Of a stretch of 64,000 nucleotides of DNA, positions 1 through 11,970 are shown piece by piece. The translations under genes were made by a program, and so were the position numbers. Location of the stretch: assembly GCA_044892525.1 (NCBI GenBank), contig CM097886.1, forward strand, positions 174,208,312 through 174,272,311. The letters run 5' to 3'. This stretch comes from Schmidtea polychroa (Eukaryota). Positions within the stretch are counted from its first letter, which is position 1. Each line of letters begins with the position of its first letter. The notes beneath the pieces are model-generated. The model worked only from the letters and a program-made list of their open reading frames with translations, was not told the DNA's origin and did no database searches.

Positions 1-249
1 AAATAAATTAATAAAATTTGAATTAAAAATATATATGTAGCAAGATATGGTATTTCTTAAATTTTCTGATAACTGCTAACATTATTTTATTTAAAAACAC
101 TTAAAATGTTAAAATAAAAATGAGTAAATTAAATATATTCTTTGCTAACAAAATAAAAATTAAATTTATAAGTTCACTTAAATAACAGCACAAAATCATA
201 AATACAAACAATCTTTCATTTTTTTTAGAAATTAGTTAATAATTAGAAT

Positions 250-760
250 GGTTTTTTTCCGAAATCGGAATTTGGGATTCTGAATCCTGGGATTTCGGAA
301 TGAATATATTGGATCACATATTGCTAATGTATCTACAGTAGTAGTAGGTTTGATTTTAATTTCTTCAAATTTTTTGTACTACGGCTTAGACTCATATTCA
401 AGAGTGTTTTTGCTACAATCTATATCTTTTTGATAGAAATCAATTAGGTTATTAAAATTTTGAAGTTCTTCGCCCATTTTCTTTATTTGGCATCCGATAG
501 AATAAGGCAAAAAGCACCATCAAAATATACCATTCAAATTTTTCTAACCAAGCAAGTACAAAACATCTACTGCTTTTTCCTTGGATTGTGGAGGGAAACA
601 CGTGGTCTCCTGGTAGAATCCATATCTTTTTTATAATATTTACGTGGTCAACGCTTGTTTCTTTTTTATAATTATTTTTGTCTAAATATATTCCAATATC
701 TCTACTAGAAAAAAGTGGTTGTGGAATTCCAATCCCAAATCGTTTATGTTTTTTTCTTCT
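250..760 (-). mobile_element. Highly degenerate hAT (ZMYM1/TTF-type) remnant
   Basis: Minus strand gives broken WILPGDHVFPSTIQGKSSRCFVLAWL, resembling the N-terminal TTF region of hAT transposases; gggattc/aatccc motifs at both sides. Confidence 0.3.
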
Positions 761-1482
761 TTATTTGTACTTATTAATTAAGAACGACTTGTCATATATA
801 TTTGCTTAACTTTATTGATTTGTTATTTCTATTCTCAATTTTCATTTAAAAGTACAATCAGACTTCGTTAATCCGTCTCTCATTAATCCGTTACCTTTTC
901 TGTGTTCCAGAGCTGTTTACATTCATGTTGATATCATTAACCCGTCGAATTATCTCGTATTCCGATTCCCTTGATTGAAAGAAGAGCATTTTTAATAGAA
1001 AGCCTCCTCGGTTATCCATTAAGTAGTATTGAATAATTTTCTTAATCATAAACACAAATAATATCCAAGCCGAAAATATTTATTGTCATCATTCGTGACA
1101 AAGATTCTAATTGTCATAGCGTCATGTACAGTGAGCAAAAAAGTATGGAAACCTGAGATAGAAATTTGTTTCTTTTTTAACAATTTTGCCTTACTAATGC
1201 TTAGGATCATCTCATTTCATATACCAACACAGTTTTATGTGGGCTTTCAAATGATACTATTTGTAAAACAATATGATGTTTTTAGGACTATATTTTTATT
1301 GCTATATTGTAAACATACAAAATTTTGAATCAAAAAAATATGGAAATATTTTACATTTCTATGATTTTGTTTAAATGCATCAATTATACACGTGTTTCTG
1401 GAATTTTCTACAACAGTATAAAAGCAGCATTGATCATTTCATTTCTTATCTGAACAAACTTTCTTTACAACTTAGCCGTCTC

Positions 1483-2015
1483 ATGCCTACAAGAAAGTAT
1501 TTGTCGGTCAATAATCGAGAAAGAATATATAACCTTTATATTAATGGTAGAAGGAAGAAAATTGACATTGCGAAGGCTTTTGCAGGCCAGAGCAGTACTG
1601 TAACTAAAGGTATCAAAAAATATCAAAACTGTGGAAGGGTTCAAAATGGGTTAGGGTGGGGAAACCCCACAAAACAGATGAACACATGAATCGAACTATT
1701 GTGAAAGAGACCAAGAAAAATTCATCCATTCAAAACAACTTGAACCTCCACCACTTCAGCAAGCAAACTGTTCGAAACAGACTGATGAGCGTTGGACTTC
1801 ATGAGCGCAACCTTGCTAAAATGGCATATGTTTCTACTAAGAATCGTCGGGAAAGAATTGCCTTTTGATAAAAAGCACATTGGCTGGACTACACAGCAAT
1901 GGTCTACTGTACTCTGGTCTGTTGAATCAAAGTTCAACCTCTTTGGTTCCGATGGTCGATGTAAAGTTTGGAGGCCAAATCGAAAAAAGTACAATCCCTT
2001 GTACCAAAAACCAAC
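1483..2015 (+). mobile_element. Degenerate Tc1-family transposase (frameshifted)
   Basis: Three overlapping frames give an HTH N-terminus (LSVNNRERIYNLY..DIAKAF), SKQTVRNRL, and WTTQQWSTVLWSVESKFNLFGSDGRCKVWR (Tc1 W..VLWSDESKFNLFGSDG motif). Confidence 0.85.
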
Positions 2016-2259
2016 TAACCACTGTACATTAAATGGCATAGAACATGGTCTGTGTACCCATTAAATGAGATAAGTAGCAGATTATTGAAAGCAAATTCAT
2101 TTCTGTACCCAAAAATAATGTCCAATATTTCAACGATTAATGTAATAATGCAGACACTATATTAACACACTCACTCAGATGCATCTTGGGCATAGATGGA
2201 TATATTCTATTTGAAAGTTAAAACTTTGTACGTTCTTGCGTAAATAAAAAGGACTAGAC

Positions 2260-4278
2260 CTACAAATTAACATGTTTAATTTGTAGAGAAACAGTTGCTG
2301 CTTTTAAAGAATTCAAGGTTAAAAGGCATCATGAAACGAAGCATAGTGACTATCTCAAATTTGACGTTGAAGTTAGAAAATATAAGCTTATCAGTTTTAA
2401 ATCTCAATTAAAAGCTCAACAAAGTATGTTCAATTCATCGTTACAACAATCATCCAACATCGTTTATGCAAGTTATTCTGTCGTAGAAGATGTAGAAGAT
2501 GTTTTGCCCGATAAAAGTAAACTATTTTCAAGCATAAGTCTGTCGTGTCAAACGATATGTCGTTGCATTAATGACATTTTAGGAGAAATAGTTGTTAATT
2601 AGCGTATCAATATTAAAGACTTCAAAGTGTATTCTTTAGCTTTCGGTGAAATCACGGATATTTCAGATACTTCACAGCTTGGTGTATTTATTCGTAGTGT
2701 TAACTAATCGTTCCAAGTTACACAAGAATTGTTAAATCTCATTAGATTGAAAGATACTACCAAAGGTGAAGATGTTTTCCAAGCCATAAAGACATATATT
2801 TTCGATAATGGCTTGCATTCAAAAATGTTTTCCTGATTAACAACAGAGGTTGCGCCGAGTATGATTGGGAAGAATAAAGGGGCTGTAAATTTGATTATCA
2901 CTGAGTTTGAAACAAAAACCAACAAAACCAGTGATATATATGTGATACATTGTTTGATACACCAACAAAATGTATGCGCTGAAGTATTATCTATGAGCCA
3001 AGTTATGCCCGTTGTTATGAAAACAGTCAAATATATTCGATCGGATGCCCTTTAACATCACCAAATTAAGGCATACATTAGCGAATTAGATTCTGAGTAT
3101 GGGGAGATCGTGTATTTTACCAATGTTAGATGGCTGAGTCGAGGAAAATGTTTAAGACGGTTTTTTGAGCTATGGGAAGAAATTGAAATATTTATGACCG
3201 AGGAGAACGTGCCTGTTCCAGAATTAAGAAATGAAGAGTGGTTGAAAGACTTGTTTTTTGGTAGATATTACAGAGACAACGAATCAGCTAAATCGGGACT
3301 TGCAGGGTCAGAATAATTTAATTACCGATTCTCGCAATCTGATAAACGCATTCCAAAAAAAATTATTGTTGTTCGAAGGCCAACTTAAAAATAACAATGC
3401 ACAACATTTTCCATTATTGAAAGAAATAAATATTAACAATTTTTTCTAAATTTGCTGACGAAATAAAAAAACTTAAAGCATTTTTTAATAGCATTTAAAA
3501 TGAGAAAGCATTTCAGATGTTCAGCTCTCCATTTGGTGTTGATGTTTCCACCGTTTCAGAAACCATACAAATGGAATTAATTAACCTGCAATGTAATACT
3601 GAATTGCAATACCCCACTATTCCAAAAATTGAATTTTATAGTAAATACATAACAGCAAAAAAAAATCCCTAAAATCAGACATTTTGCCCAAAATGTTGCT
3701 AGTGACTTTGGATCTACATATGTTTATGAAGCTTTTTTTCTAAAATGAAATACAATAAAAATTTAAATAAAGCGTCAATAGCCGACGTAAATCTGGTAAA
3801 TCAGTTAAGATGTGAAACGTCGAATATTGAAAGAATATATATATATAAAAATTAAGTAAGCGGAAAGACCAACAAATATCACACTGAAAAAATTGCTTAT
3901 ATTGATGTATTTTTTGTTTACAACCAAACAAATATATTTTGTGGTTCGTTCATTACATGTTTCTTTTTATCTATACTAGTTTTAACACGTGAAAAAGCAC
4001 GGGCGAAACAAAGAAACAGAGATAACTCTCACGCAAAGATAAAAAGACAATTTCAATTATTTCAAAGTATTATTAAAAATATGTTATATAGACAACAATT
4101 TCAATTTTATAATTTATACGCTAGCTAATTATATTAGATTTTTCCATCAAAATTATCATTAAAACATATTGATAAGTACAAAATTATTTGTAAAGCCAGA
4201 AAAAATGATTGGAACAAATTTTTCCAATTATTCTTATTTATGTGCGGCCCTTTGTGCAATTTCGGTTGCCCAGCCCTG
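2260..4278 (+). mobile_element. Degenerate hAT Charlie/SPIN-type (GTF2IRD2-like) transposon with right terminus
   Basis: CLICRETVAAFKEFKVKRHHETKH, IHCLIHQQNVCA, YFTNVRWLSRGKCLRRFFEL with stops and frameshifts; right end ...ggttgcccagccctg at 4278. Left end not found. Confidence 0.85.
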
Positions 4279-4443
4279 ATTTAAACAATTATTTTAATTT
4301 AATTAATTTAATAATGCATTTTTAATTTAATTATCAAATTGATATATTTATTAATTTGCAAGTCAGTGGAAATACAGTAACAGCTAACGGAAAAATTTAC
4401 TATATTAACATTGATATTAGTAATTTGTTTGCTTCAAATGGTT

Positions 4444-7400
4444 GTAATTCGTAAAATTATAATGTTCTTGTGAGATATTTAAAATAGCAAAAGTTATATA
4501 CAAAAATTTATTAATGAAAATGAAAGTCAGCATAATAAATATGCTAGACCAAATACAGTAGGCGAGCTACTATATGGGGTGTTTAATATTCATGTGTGCC
4601 ATTTTAAGGATGTGGGTACAATCATCCATTCTCGTTTTTCTTGTGTCATTGATAGCAGCCCCGATAATTTTCATATATTTTTCTGGAGCCTTTAATCACT
4701 CTATCTATCATTTTGTTCTTTATGGGCATGTACTCTTCATATCTGAGTCCCAATTTTCTGAATACATCATTATTCCGTTTGTCCCATGTTCCGAGGGAGC
4801 ATACCACGAATGCTTCTACTGTTGTATATGTGTTTGTTGCTTCTTGGATGTCTTGTGCTAATTTTCTGTATTTGTTTTGGTTTTTTGTTCTTGATGCTTC
4901 AATGGTTGGACGGTCATCAAATGGGCATTTTACATCTATTATCATTATGCGATCCTTTAATCTGGCTACAATGTCTGGTTTTAACATTTCCTTCGCTTCT
5001 TTTTGTTTTTTTCTGTTTCAAAATTGATTCCTTTGTTTCTTAATATTTCTTCCAGTGCTTTTTGTATTTCATTGTGCTTGTTAGTCCTCACTCTGGTTCC
5101 TCTCACACATATGTTTAGGACATGTATGGATGATTCGTGTGGATTTTCACAGTTTCTGCACTTTGTGCTGCCTAATCTGCCTCCTTGGTTTGATTGTTTC
5201 ATATTTATGTCAAGCATGTTAGCTCGAGCCTTAATTATGAATCTCCATTCGTAGTCCTTCAGGTTTTTCGGCATTTTCCATTCTGTGTATTCTGATTGTG
5301 GTAATCTCAGAATATGGCCTTGGCAGTTGGTTTCTGTCCATTTTTGAAAGTATGCCTCACGAATCATCCAGTGTAGTTTCTTTGAGGTTTCATCTAGATG
5401 AGGTGGAAAAACTTCTTCGGCTTTTTCTTGTGAGTTGCATTTGATGTTGCATCCTGTACCTTTATTTCTAATTATAAAGGTAACCTTTATATGGTGGTCC
5501 TTGTACAGTTGTGTGATTGCGTTTTTTATTCTATCGAGCCAGGATTTTTTGACTAAACTTGATCTTCTATGTTCATATGTTCCATCCAGCCTCTTCAATG
5601 CTTCTGGTAGTGAGTTGATGGGAGTTTCAGTTCTGGTTTCGGCTACATCAATCAGTTCTTTTGTGATAATTTTTACTATAGCTGTATGTTTGCTGTATCA
5701 GCTTTAGGAATCTTGCTATTGTTTGTATCATCTGTTCATCCACGATTTTGGTTATGCCTATTCCTCCTTTTTCTTTATGGGAGTAGAAGATGGCATCCAT
5801 TAGTGAGCTTTTCTGTTGTAGATCTAGCACTTTTTTATCTTTTTTCATCATTCTAATTTTATCATCGAATTTTTCTGCTTGGGTTTTTGTTATTTCCTCT
5901 GCTTGTAAGATAAATATGAATTTCGAATGACAGAAGGTGTTGTATGCTTATATCTTTTGTTGAGCTCTTAGGAGTGATTTGAATATGCTTGTTGTTTTGG
6001 CTTCCACTTCTTGGAAGATCTCATTTAGGTCGTTTTTTGTATATCCTATTGAGACCCCCAAGTAAGTGTATAGATTTTCCTAGTTTATCTTTTTGATCTT
6101 GATGCCGTTGAGGTAAATGTTGTTTTCCCAGCCAACGTTGTCATTTTTGTTGATATAATATCCACATTTTCTGGTTTAAATATCAGATGGGCTAGTTTAG
6201 CTTGTTCCACGATTATGTCTAGCAGTTCTTGTATCAAATGATGTTGTGGTGCCATTAAGACGAGGTCATCTGCATAGGCTAGGATACTTATTTTTCTCCT
6301 GCTATCTGAACTCCTTTTCCGCTGTTTATTACAGCTTGTATTAGATATTCAATACAGAGACTAAAGATTATCATGGATAATGAGCATCCTTGTTTGACAC
6401 CTTTTTCTTGTTTAATTTCGCTGGATTTTGTGTCTCCACTTTGGTATATAGTGTGACAGTCTTTGTAGCACTCTTGCAGCAGGTTTATGGTGTTTTTGTT
6501 TAAGCCTTTTTGTTGAAGAGTATGCCATATAATTTCGTGTGGTGTACTACCAAATGCGTCCGCAAGATCCAGGAACACAAGGTGACACTGTTGGCCTTTG
6601 TATCTTTTTCTATTTGATTTTTTCTTTTGGACTGTTATTATATAATTGTGTTCGTCGCATTCATTGACTATATTTACTGCTTTTCGCCATTCTGATATAA
6701 GTCTGTGTTTGTGGATCCATTGGAGAATTCTTCTATTTAATATTTTCATGAAGATTCTGTAACTGGTTGGCATTAACGCTATTGGTCTCCAGTTGGCTGG
6801 ATATAGAGCCTGACTATCTTTTCCTGGTTTTATTATCAATTTTGTAGTGTAGGTTTTCCATGAATCAGGGATTTTCTTTGTTTCCAGTATTCTATTGAAT
6901 ATTGGTGTTAGCGGATCTTCCATTATCTAATCTTTCCATGCTCTGATTGGGATTCCGTCATCTCCTGGAGCTGAGTCTTTGCTGTTTTTTATTGCAATGA
7001 TTACATCTTTTTCTGTTATTGTTTTCGAAGATTCCCATTCGGGTTTTCTGTCTGTGATACTGATCTTGTCTTGTAACTTGGGAGATTTTGTCCTCGTGAA
7101 ATGTAGATCCATTGACGCTGGTGTTAGGTCTATGACCTTGTTCGAGTCTTGATGAATTTCTTATATTGCTCTGCCAGGGTTTAATGTGTAGAGTCTCTGT
7201 ATTTGATAGGAGCAGAGAGTTAGCTTTTCGTTTTCAGTTCTGTATGCTCTTTTTGGTTTTTGTTTTTAAACCAGTAGAGGATTTCATTTATTGATAGTTG
7301 GTGGAGCATAATTGATTTACTGCCTCCTCAATATCCTCTTTCCTTTCTTTGTTTGAGCATTTTTTGTATCTTTTAATGTCGACTATGATACTTTGGGTTT

Positions 7401-7840
7401 AAGATAACCCACTAATAATTTGATATGAATAAACAAAATAAATAAAATGACACGAACAAAATTTACTTTTACTAATCAAAAGTTATGAAGCATAACCTAT
7501 AAATAACTCATAATGATTTATATTTACATAATCACGTTCTAATTTATTTGGTTATGAAAATAGAATTGGCTTAAATTTTATTTACTATATTCATTGATCA
7601 AATTCACTGGAAAATGGCAGTGTTGCAAATTAGTGAAAATCAAAAACATCGATATATTTACTGATTTATAGTCAAGCTTTTTAAAAAATACTATTTCCTA
7701 TATGTAAATATCATAAACTAGTTTTATAATAATAAAAATTTTAAATTTTCGATATAGTACTTTTTTGAAATGAATTAATTTAAATGAGAAGATATTTAAA
7801 ATGAGCGATCCGTAGACAGGTGAACACCTGGAAAAATCAA
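4444..7840 (+). pseudogene. Duplicated copy of the FAM32A upstream region and first ~40 coding nt, interrupted by a retrotransposon and a short repeat
   Basis: 4444-4493 plus 7404-7840 align with 14943-15316 (gtaattcgtaaaatta.aatgttcttgtgag...; atgagcgatccgta...cacctggaaaaatcaa). Confidence 0.85.
4494..7400 (-). mobile_element. 5'-truncated, disrupted non-LTR retrotransposon with restriction-like endonuclease (NeSL/Utopia/R2 group)
   Basis: RT motifs NWRPIAL, FLDLADAFGS, GVKQGCSLS, AYADD; CCHC knuckle CRNCENPHESSIHVLNIC; RLE KPDIV..IIDVKCPFD; AATAAA near the 3' end; AAG repeated on both sides (4491-93, 7401-03) relative to the empty site at 14990-14996. Confidence 0.9.
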
Positions 7841-7884
7841 TAAATAATTTCAATATTATAAAATAAAGATTATAAACGACAACT

Positions 7885-8961
7885 ATGGCTAACAATCCAA
7901 TAATAATACCACTCGAAGAAGTTGAAAGATTTTATGTTGATTGCTTAAAATCAGCAGGAGCCAAACTGGAACATGCAAAAGCCCTAGCTGCCGTTATTGG
8001 TTGCGCAGACCACCGAGGCTATTTTAGTCATGGTCTTAATAGATTGCCAAAGTATATTAAAGATTTAAGAAAAGGTTTGATTAATATAAAAGATGAGCCA
8101 AAAGCAATTAAAGAAACTGTTTCGACAGCTTCAGTTGACGGATGCAATTGTTTGGGACCAGTTGTTGGGAACTTTTCAATGAAAATAGCTATGGAAAAAG
8201 CGAAAAAAACTGGAATAGGCTGGGTAGTGGCAAACCATTCAAATCATTATGGAATTGCAGGTTGGTATTCAATGAAAGCTGTTGAAGAGGGATTGATCGG
8301 AATGTCTTTTACAAACACGTCTCCATTAGTTTTGCCAACAGGATCAAAGAAGGCAGCATTAGGTACCAACCCAATATCAGTTGCGGCACCAGGTAATGTA
8401 AAAGAAGACTCCATAATAATAGATATGGCCACTTCCGCCGTAGCATTTGGTAAAATTGAGATGAAGAATCGCTCTCAAACACCGATTCCATTAGGTTGGG
8501 CTGCAGATACAAATGGAAAAGTAACTGATGACCCAGCAAAAGCTTTAAAAGGTGGATTGCTTCCATTAGGAGGTTCTGAAGAAACAGGAGGATACAAAGG
8601 ATATGGTTTAGGACTAGTGGTTGAAATATTTTGTGGAATGCTGTCTAATTATTCATTTGGTCTAAATGTCAGACAATGGGATAATGATGAAGCAATAGCA
8701 AATCTTGGTCAATGTTTTGTTGCAATAGATCCTGGAGCTTTTGAAAACGGTTTTACTGAAAGAATATCAAAACTCTCATATGAAATGCGTAACTTACCAA
8801 GAGCTAATGAAACAATTCCGGTTTTAGTTCCGGGTGACCCAAAACGAATTCACATTGAAAAATGTAAAAACCTCAAAGGTATTCCATATGTCTCAGTTTT
8901 AATTAAAAGTATGGATGAACTAGCCGATGAACTGAAAGTAAAACCTCTCCAAAGAAAGTAA
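7885..8961 (+). CDS. Ldh_2-family (type 2 malate/L-lactate dehydrogenase-like) NAD(P)H oxidoreductase, intronless, copy 1
   Basis: 358-aa ORF with family motifs DHRG.FSHG, SNHYG, FTNTSP, LGTNPIS, DMATS, GGYKGYG, VPGDP. Confidence 0.92.
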   Translation: MANNPIIIPLEEVERFYVDCLKSAGAKLEHAKALAAVIGCADHRGYFSHGLNRLPKYIKDLRKGLINIKDEPKAIKETVSTASVDGCNCLGPVVGNFSMKIAMEKAKKTGIGWVVANHSNHYGIAGWYSMKAVEEGLIGMSFTNTSPLVLPTGSKKAALGTNPISVAAPGNVKEDSIIIDMATSAVAFGKIEMKNRSQTPIPLGWAADTNGKVTDDPAKALKGGLLPLGGSEETGGYKGYGLGLVVEIFCGMLSNYSFGLNVRQWDNDEAIANLGQCFVAIDPGAFENGFTERISKLSYEMRNLPRANETIPVLVPGDPKRIHIEKCKNLKGIPYVSVLIKSMDELADELKVKPLQRK

Positions 8962-9409
8962 ATTTCAAAAAATCTATTAACTTGATTTTGAGAAAGTTTA
9001 CAAATTATTATTTTATGTTATTTCCAGTTTGTTTGAATTTAATGGGGCACTAAATATTTCATTACCCAGTCTTATTGTAAACGGGAAATTTTTATGAAAA
9101 TATTTTCTATTGTTAGTGAAAATTCACTCTAAAAAATTCGCGTTGCCTCAACCGTGAAATATCTAACGCTGAAATCAGTCGTGATATTATGCTATAACTT
9201 ACTATGAAGTGTCAAATGTTACGGAATAAAGTCAAATTTTACTGATTTCATAAGCAAATTTAAACTCACTTCAAAGCTTTATAATTATATTTCTTTTGGT
9301 GTTTTGAATTTTCTAATAATCTTTATTCATTTAGAGTCACCACTGAGAATTTAATCTACGATACCAATTGTGATTTGAGACAACGGTACCAACCTTTCCT
9401 TCACGCTCA

Positions 9410-11940
9410 TGTTGAGGTCTCAATATTTGAGATGCTCAACTTTACTGGTTCTTAAGTAAATAAAAAGAATATGAGTCTATAAATATTTATTGAACAACAA
9501 AATTTACCAATGATAAAATTGACAATAGTTTCTATTCTTTCAATTGATTACTTCCTCAAATTGATTTCAAAATTCTTGCAAAAATATGTTTCTGTTGTAT
9601 GGTATGGAGTGCGTGCAATATTGATTAGAATGTTTAGTCGATTGTAGATCGTTTCTGGCTGATCTGGGTTTTAATCTTTTCTCAGGATTTTTGAATATTT
9701 TTCAGATGCTAAAATTTTTGGTGAATGAAATAAATTCTAAGGGTATTTATATTATTTTATTGCTATAGAAATTTTAATAAAAAATTTAATTTATTTCCGG
9801 CCTATACGCACGGATATTATTTATTCTACATATTTTTTTAATATATTTTGAGAGATGTTTTTAATAATTGCGTGTTATTTATTTTTTTAATTTCATAATT
9901 TTATTTTCGGTCTATATTGAGTAGAAGCATGTTTTGACAATAATTAATATACTGTAGTAATTAAATCTATAATATTAAATATTAATTGTACCTTTAATAA
10001 TAATGATTTATCTTAAGTTTTATAATAATTAATATCAATGATTTATTTAATCCCCTTTTATTAGAATATTAAATATGTAATAAAATATAATTAATAAAAG
10101 AATCACAAAATCATATCTGTATACAAGGGATAATTAAAATGAAAGTTAATTAGTACAATATACACATAAATAATATTCAGTAATATGCACATGAAGGATA
10201 GTAAGTTGTCATGTTCTGTACAAGGTGGGTTAGATGGAATTGGATTGACGTTGGGTTGATAGAACCTCAAATTTATTGTCTTTCCTCGGCACACACATTG
10301 ACTCTGTACTTCCTAGGCCTGTCTTTTAATATTTATTCAATATGAATGGGGTGATAGGTTTACCAGTGTTTCCAAACGAATAATCGAGTAACCGAGTACT
10401 CGTCTATTTTCAGATATTTTCCATTAATCGGTTAATCGGGTAATTTCGTCGAGTAACCGAGTAGTTACTTTAGATATAATTTTTTTTTTCAAGCAAAAAA
10501 TATCAGAAATTATGATATTGGTTGCTATAGTAACATTCAATATTTTCTATTTTTCTTAACTAAGCAAGCAAAATTATAAGAATTTTTTCCTTTTTTTAAG
10601 AAAAAAATAGCAGTTAGTAGACAATCAGACATTGTTAAATTGGTTGCTATAGTAACATTAAATATTAAAAATACTATTTTTATTAACTGTAAGATTTTTT
10701 TTTCTAGTTTAAGAAATTGTATTTAATTCAGTGAAATATTTTACACTTTTACGCGTTCATCACAGAACACAGATCACAAATCGTAAGTATAATTATTAAT
10801 TACAATAATAATTATGTGTATAAAAATTATGTTTGTTTTTATTTTGTTCGAATTTCGAAAATATAATTTATAGATATTCTCTAATCCATAATGGCCACAA
10901 ACAAATCGAAAGTTTGGGATTATTTCAAAAAATTATCATCAGAAATTGAGCAATGTCAAGTCAATTTATGTACGAATAAGATATCCATTAAAGGTGGTAC
11001 CACAACTGGAATGATAAATCATTTAAAAAAACATGATATCAGTTTAAAACCTCAAACCAAAAGGAATGTTCAAAATTCTGCTGATGATTCGCTAGAACCA
11101 AGCACATCCAAAATACCTAAAGTTAATGGTATGTTAACATTTATCAGTAGAGAAAGAGAATCACTGTAGGAAATTATATCGAAATGCGCAACAAAAGATG
11201 GTATTCCATTTCGTACAATTGTCAAATGCGATGCAATTCGCTGCTTTGTAAACAGTCGTAATTACAAAATGCCAACCAGCGTATCGACTGTTCGAAAACA
11301 CGTTCTAACATTTTTCAAAGAAAAAAAAGCTGAAAATAAGCATAATTTAGAAGCCAAAATTAAATCAGGACAAAAATTTACAATTACGGTCGATGAATGG
11401 ACTGATATCGCTTTAAGAAGATATCTTAATGTCACACTGCAATCTATTTCGAGTCAAATTGTTCTTGGTTTGGTTCCGATTATAGAAAGCTGCACATCTG
11501 AAAAAACCGAAGAACTAGTATTCAATCGATTGAAAGAATTCGGAGTAGATTTTGATTCTGACATAGTTGCTTCCGCGCACGATGGTGCAAATGTAATGGT
11601 GAAATACGGCAAAATCATATCAGCTGAAAGCCAATTATGCTATAACCACGCTTTTCACCTAGCCGTCATTGAAACTTTTTACTCAAAACGTAATGAACCT
11701 GGTTATGTTACATACTAAGTTATATATACAATAAACATTTGATATATTTAATAAAATTTAATTAAATTCTTTAATTATTTATCTTTAATTATTTAATCTT
11801 TAATTATTTAATTTTAGTTTCGAGTATAATAACCGAGTAACCGAGTACTCGCTCAATTTTTTTTGTAATACTCGAATAACCGAGTATTACGAAAAATCGA
11901 GTAATTTGGAAACACTAAGGTTTACCCTCATTATCCAACA
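9410..11940 (-). mobile_element. Solo LTR (about 970 bp net) carrying a nested hAT element
   Basis: TGTTG...CAACA termini, 4-bp TSD CTCA (9406-09, 11941-44); absent from the paralogous site at 25683-86. Confidence 0.8.
10364..11917 (+). mobile_element. Non-autonomous, internally deleted hAT element (BED zinc finger plus partial catalytic domain)
   Basis: TIR CAGTGTTTCCAAA / TTTGGAAACACTA, 8-bp TSD AGGTTTAC, subterminal CGAGTAAC repeats; ORFs SKVWDYF..CQVNLC..TTGMINHLKKH and TVDEWTD..SAHDGANVM..CYNHAFHLAV. Confidence 0.92.
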
Positions 11941-11970
11941 CTCATAAATCCAACCTATATCAATATCTAG

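Noticed and set aside
851-905. Possible pogo/Tigger terminal repeat (tacaatcagacttcgttaatccg)
   Set aside because: No partner terminus found; too decayed to call.
8247-8566. Antisense ORFs inside both oxidoreductase genes (also 23604-23923)
   Set aside because: Shadow frames of the real CDS with no independent motifs.
10380-10460. Short repeated CGAGTAAC units (also 41241-41410) as a CRISPR-like array
   Set aside because: No unique spacers; these are hAT subterminal repeats and a minisatellite in a eukaryotic genome.
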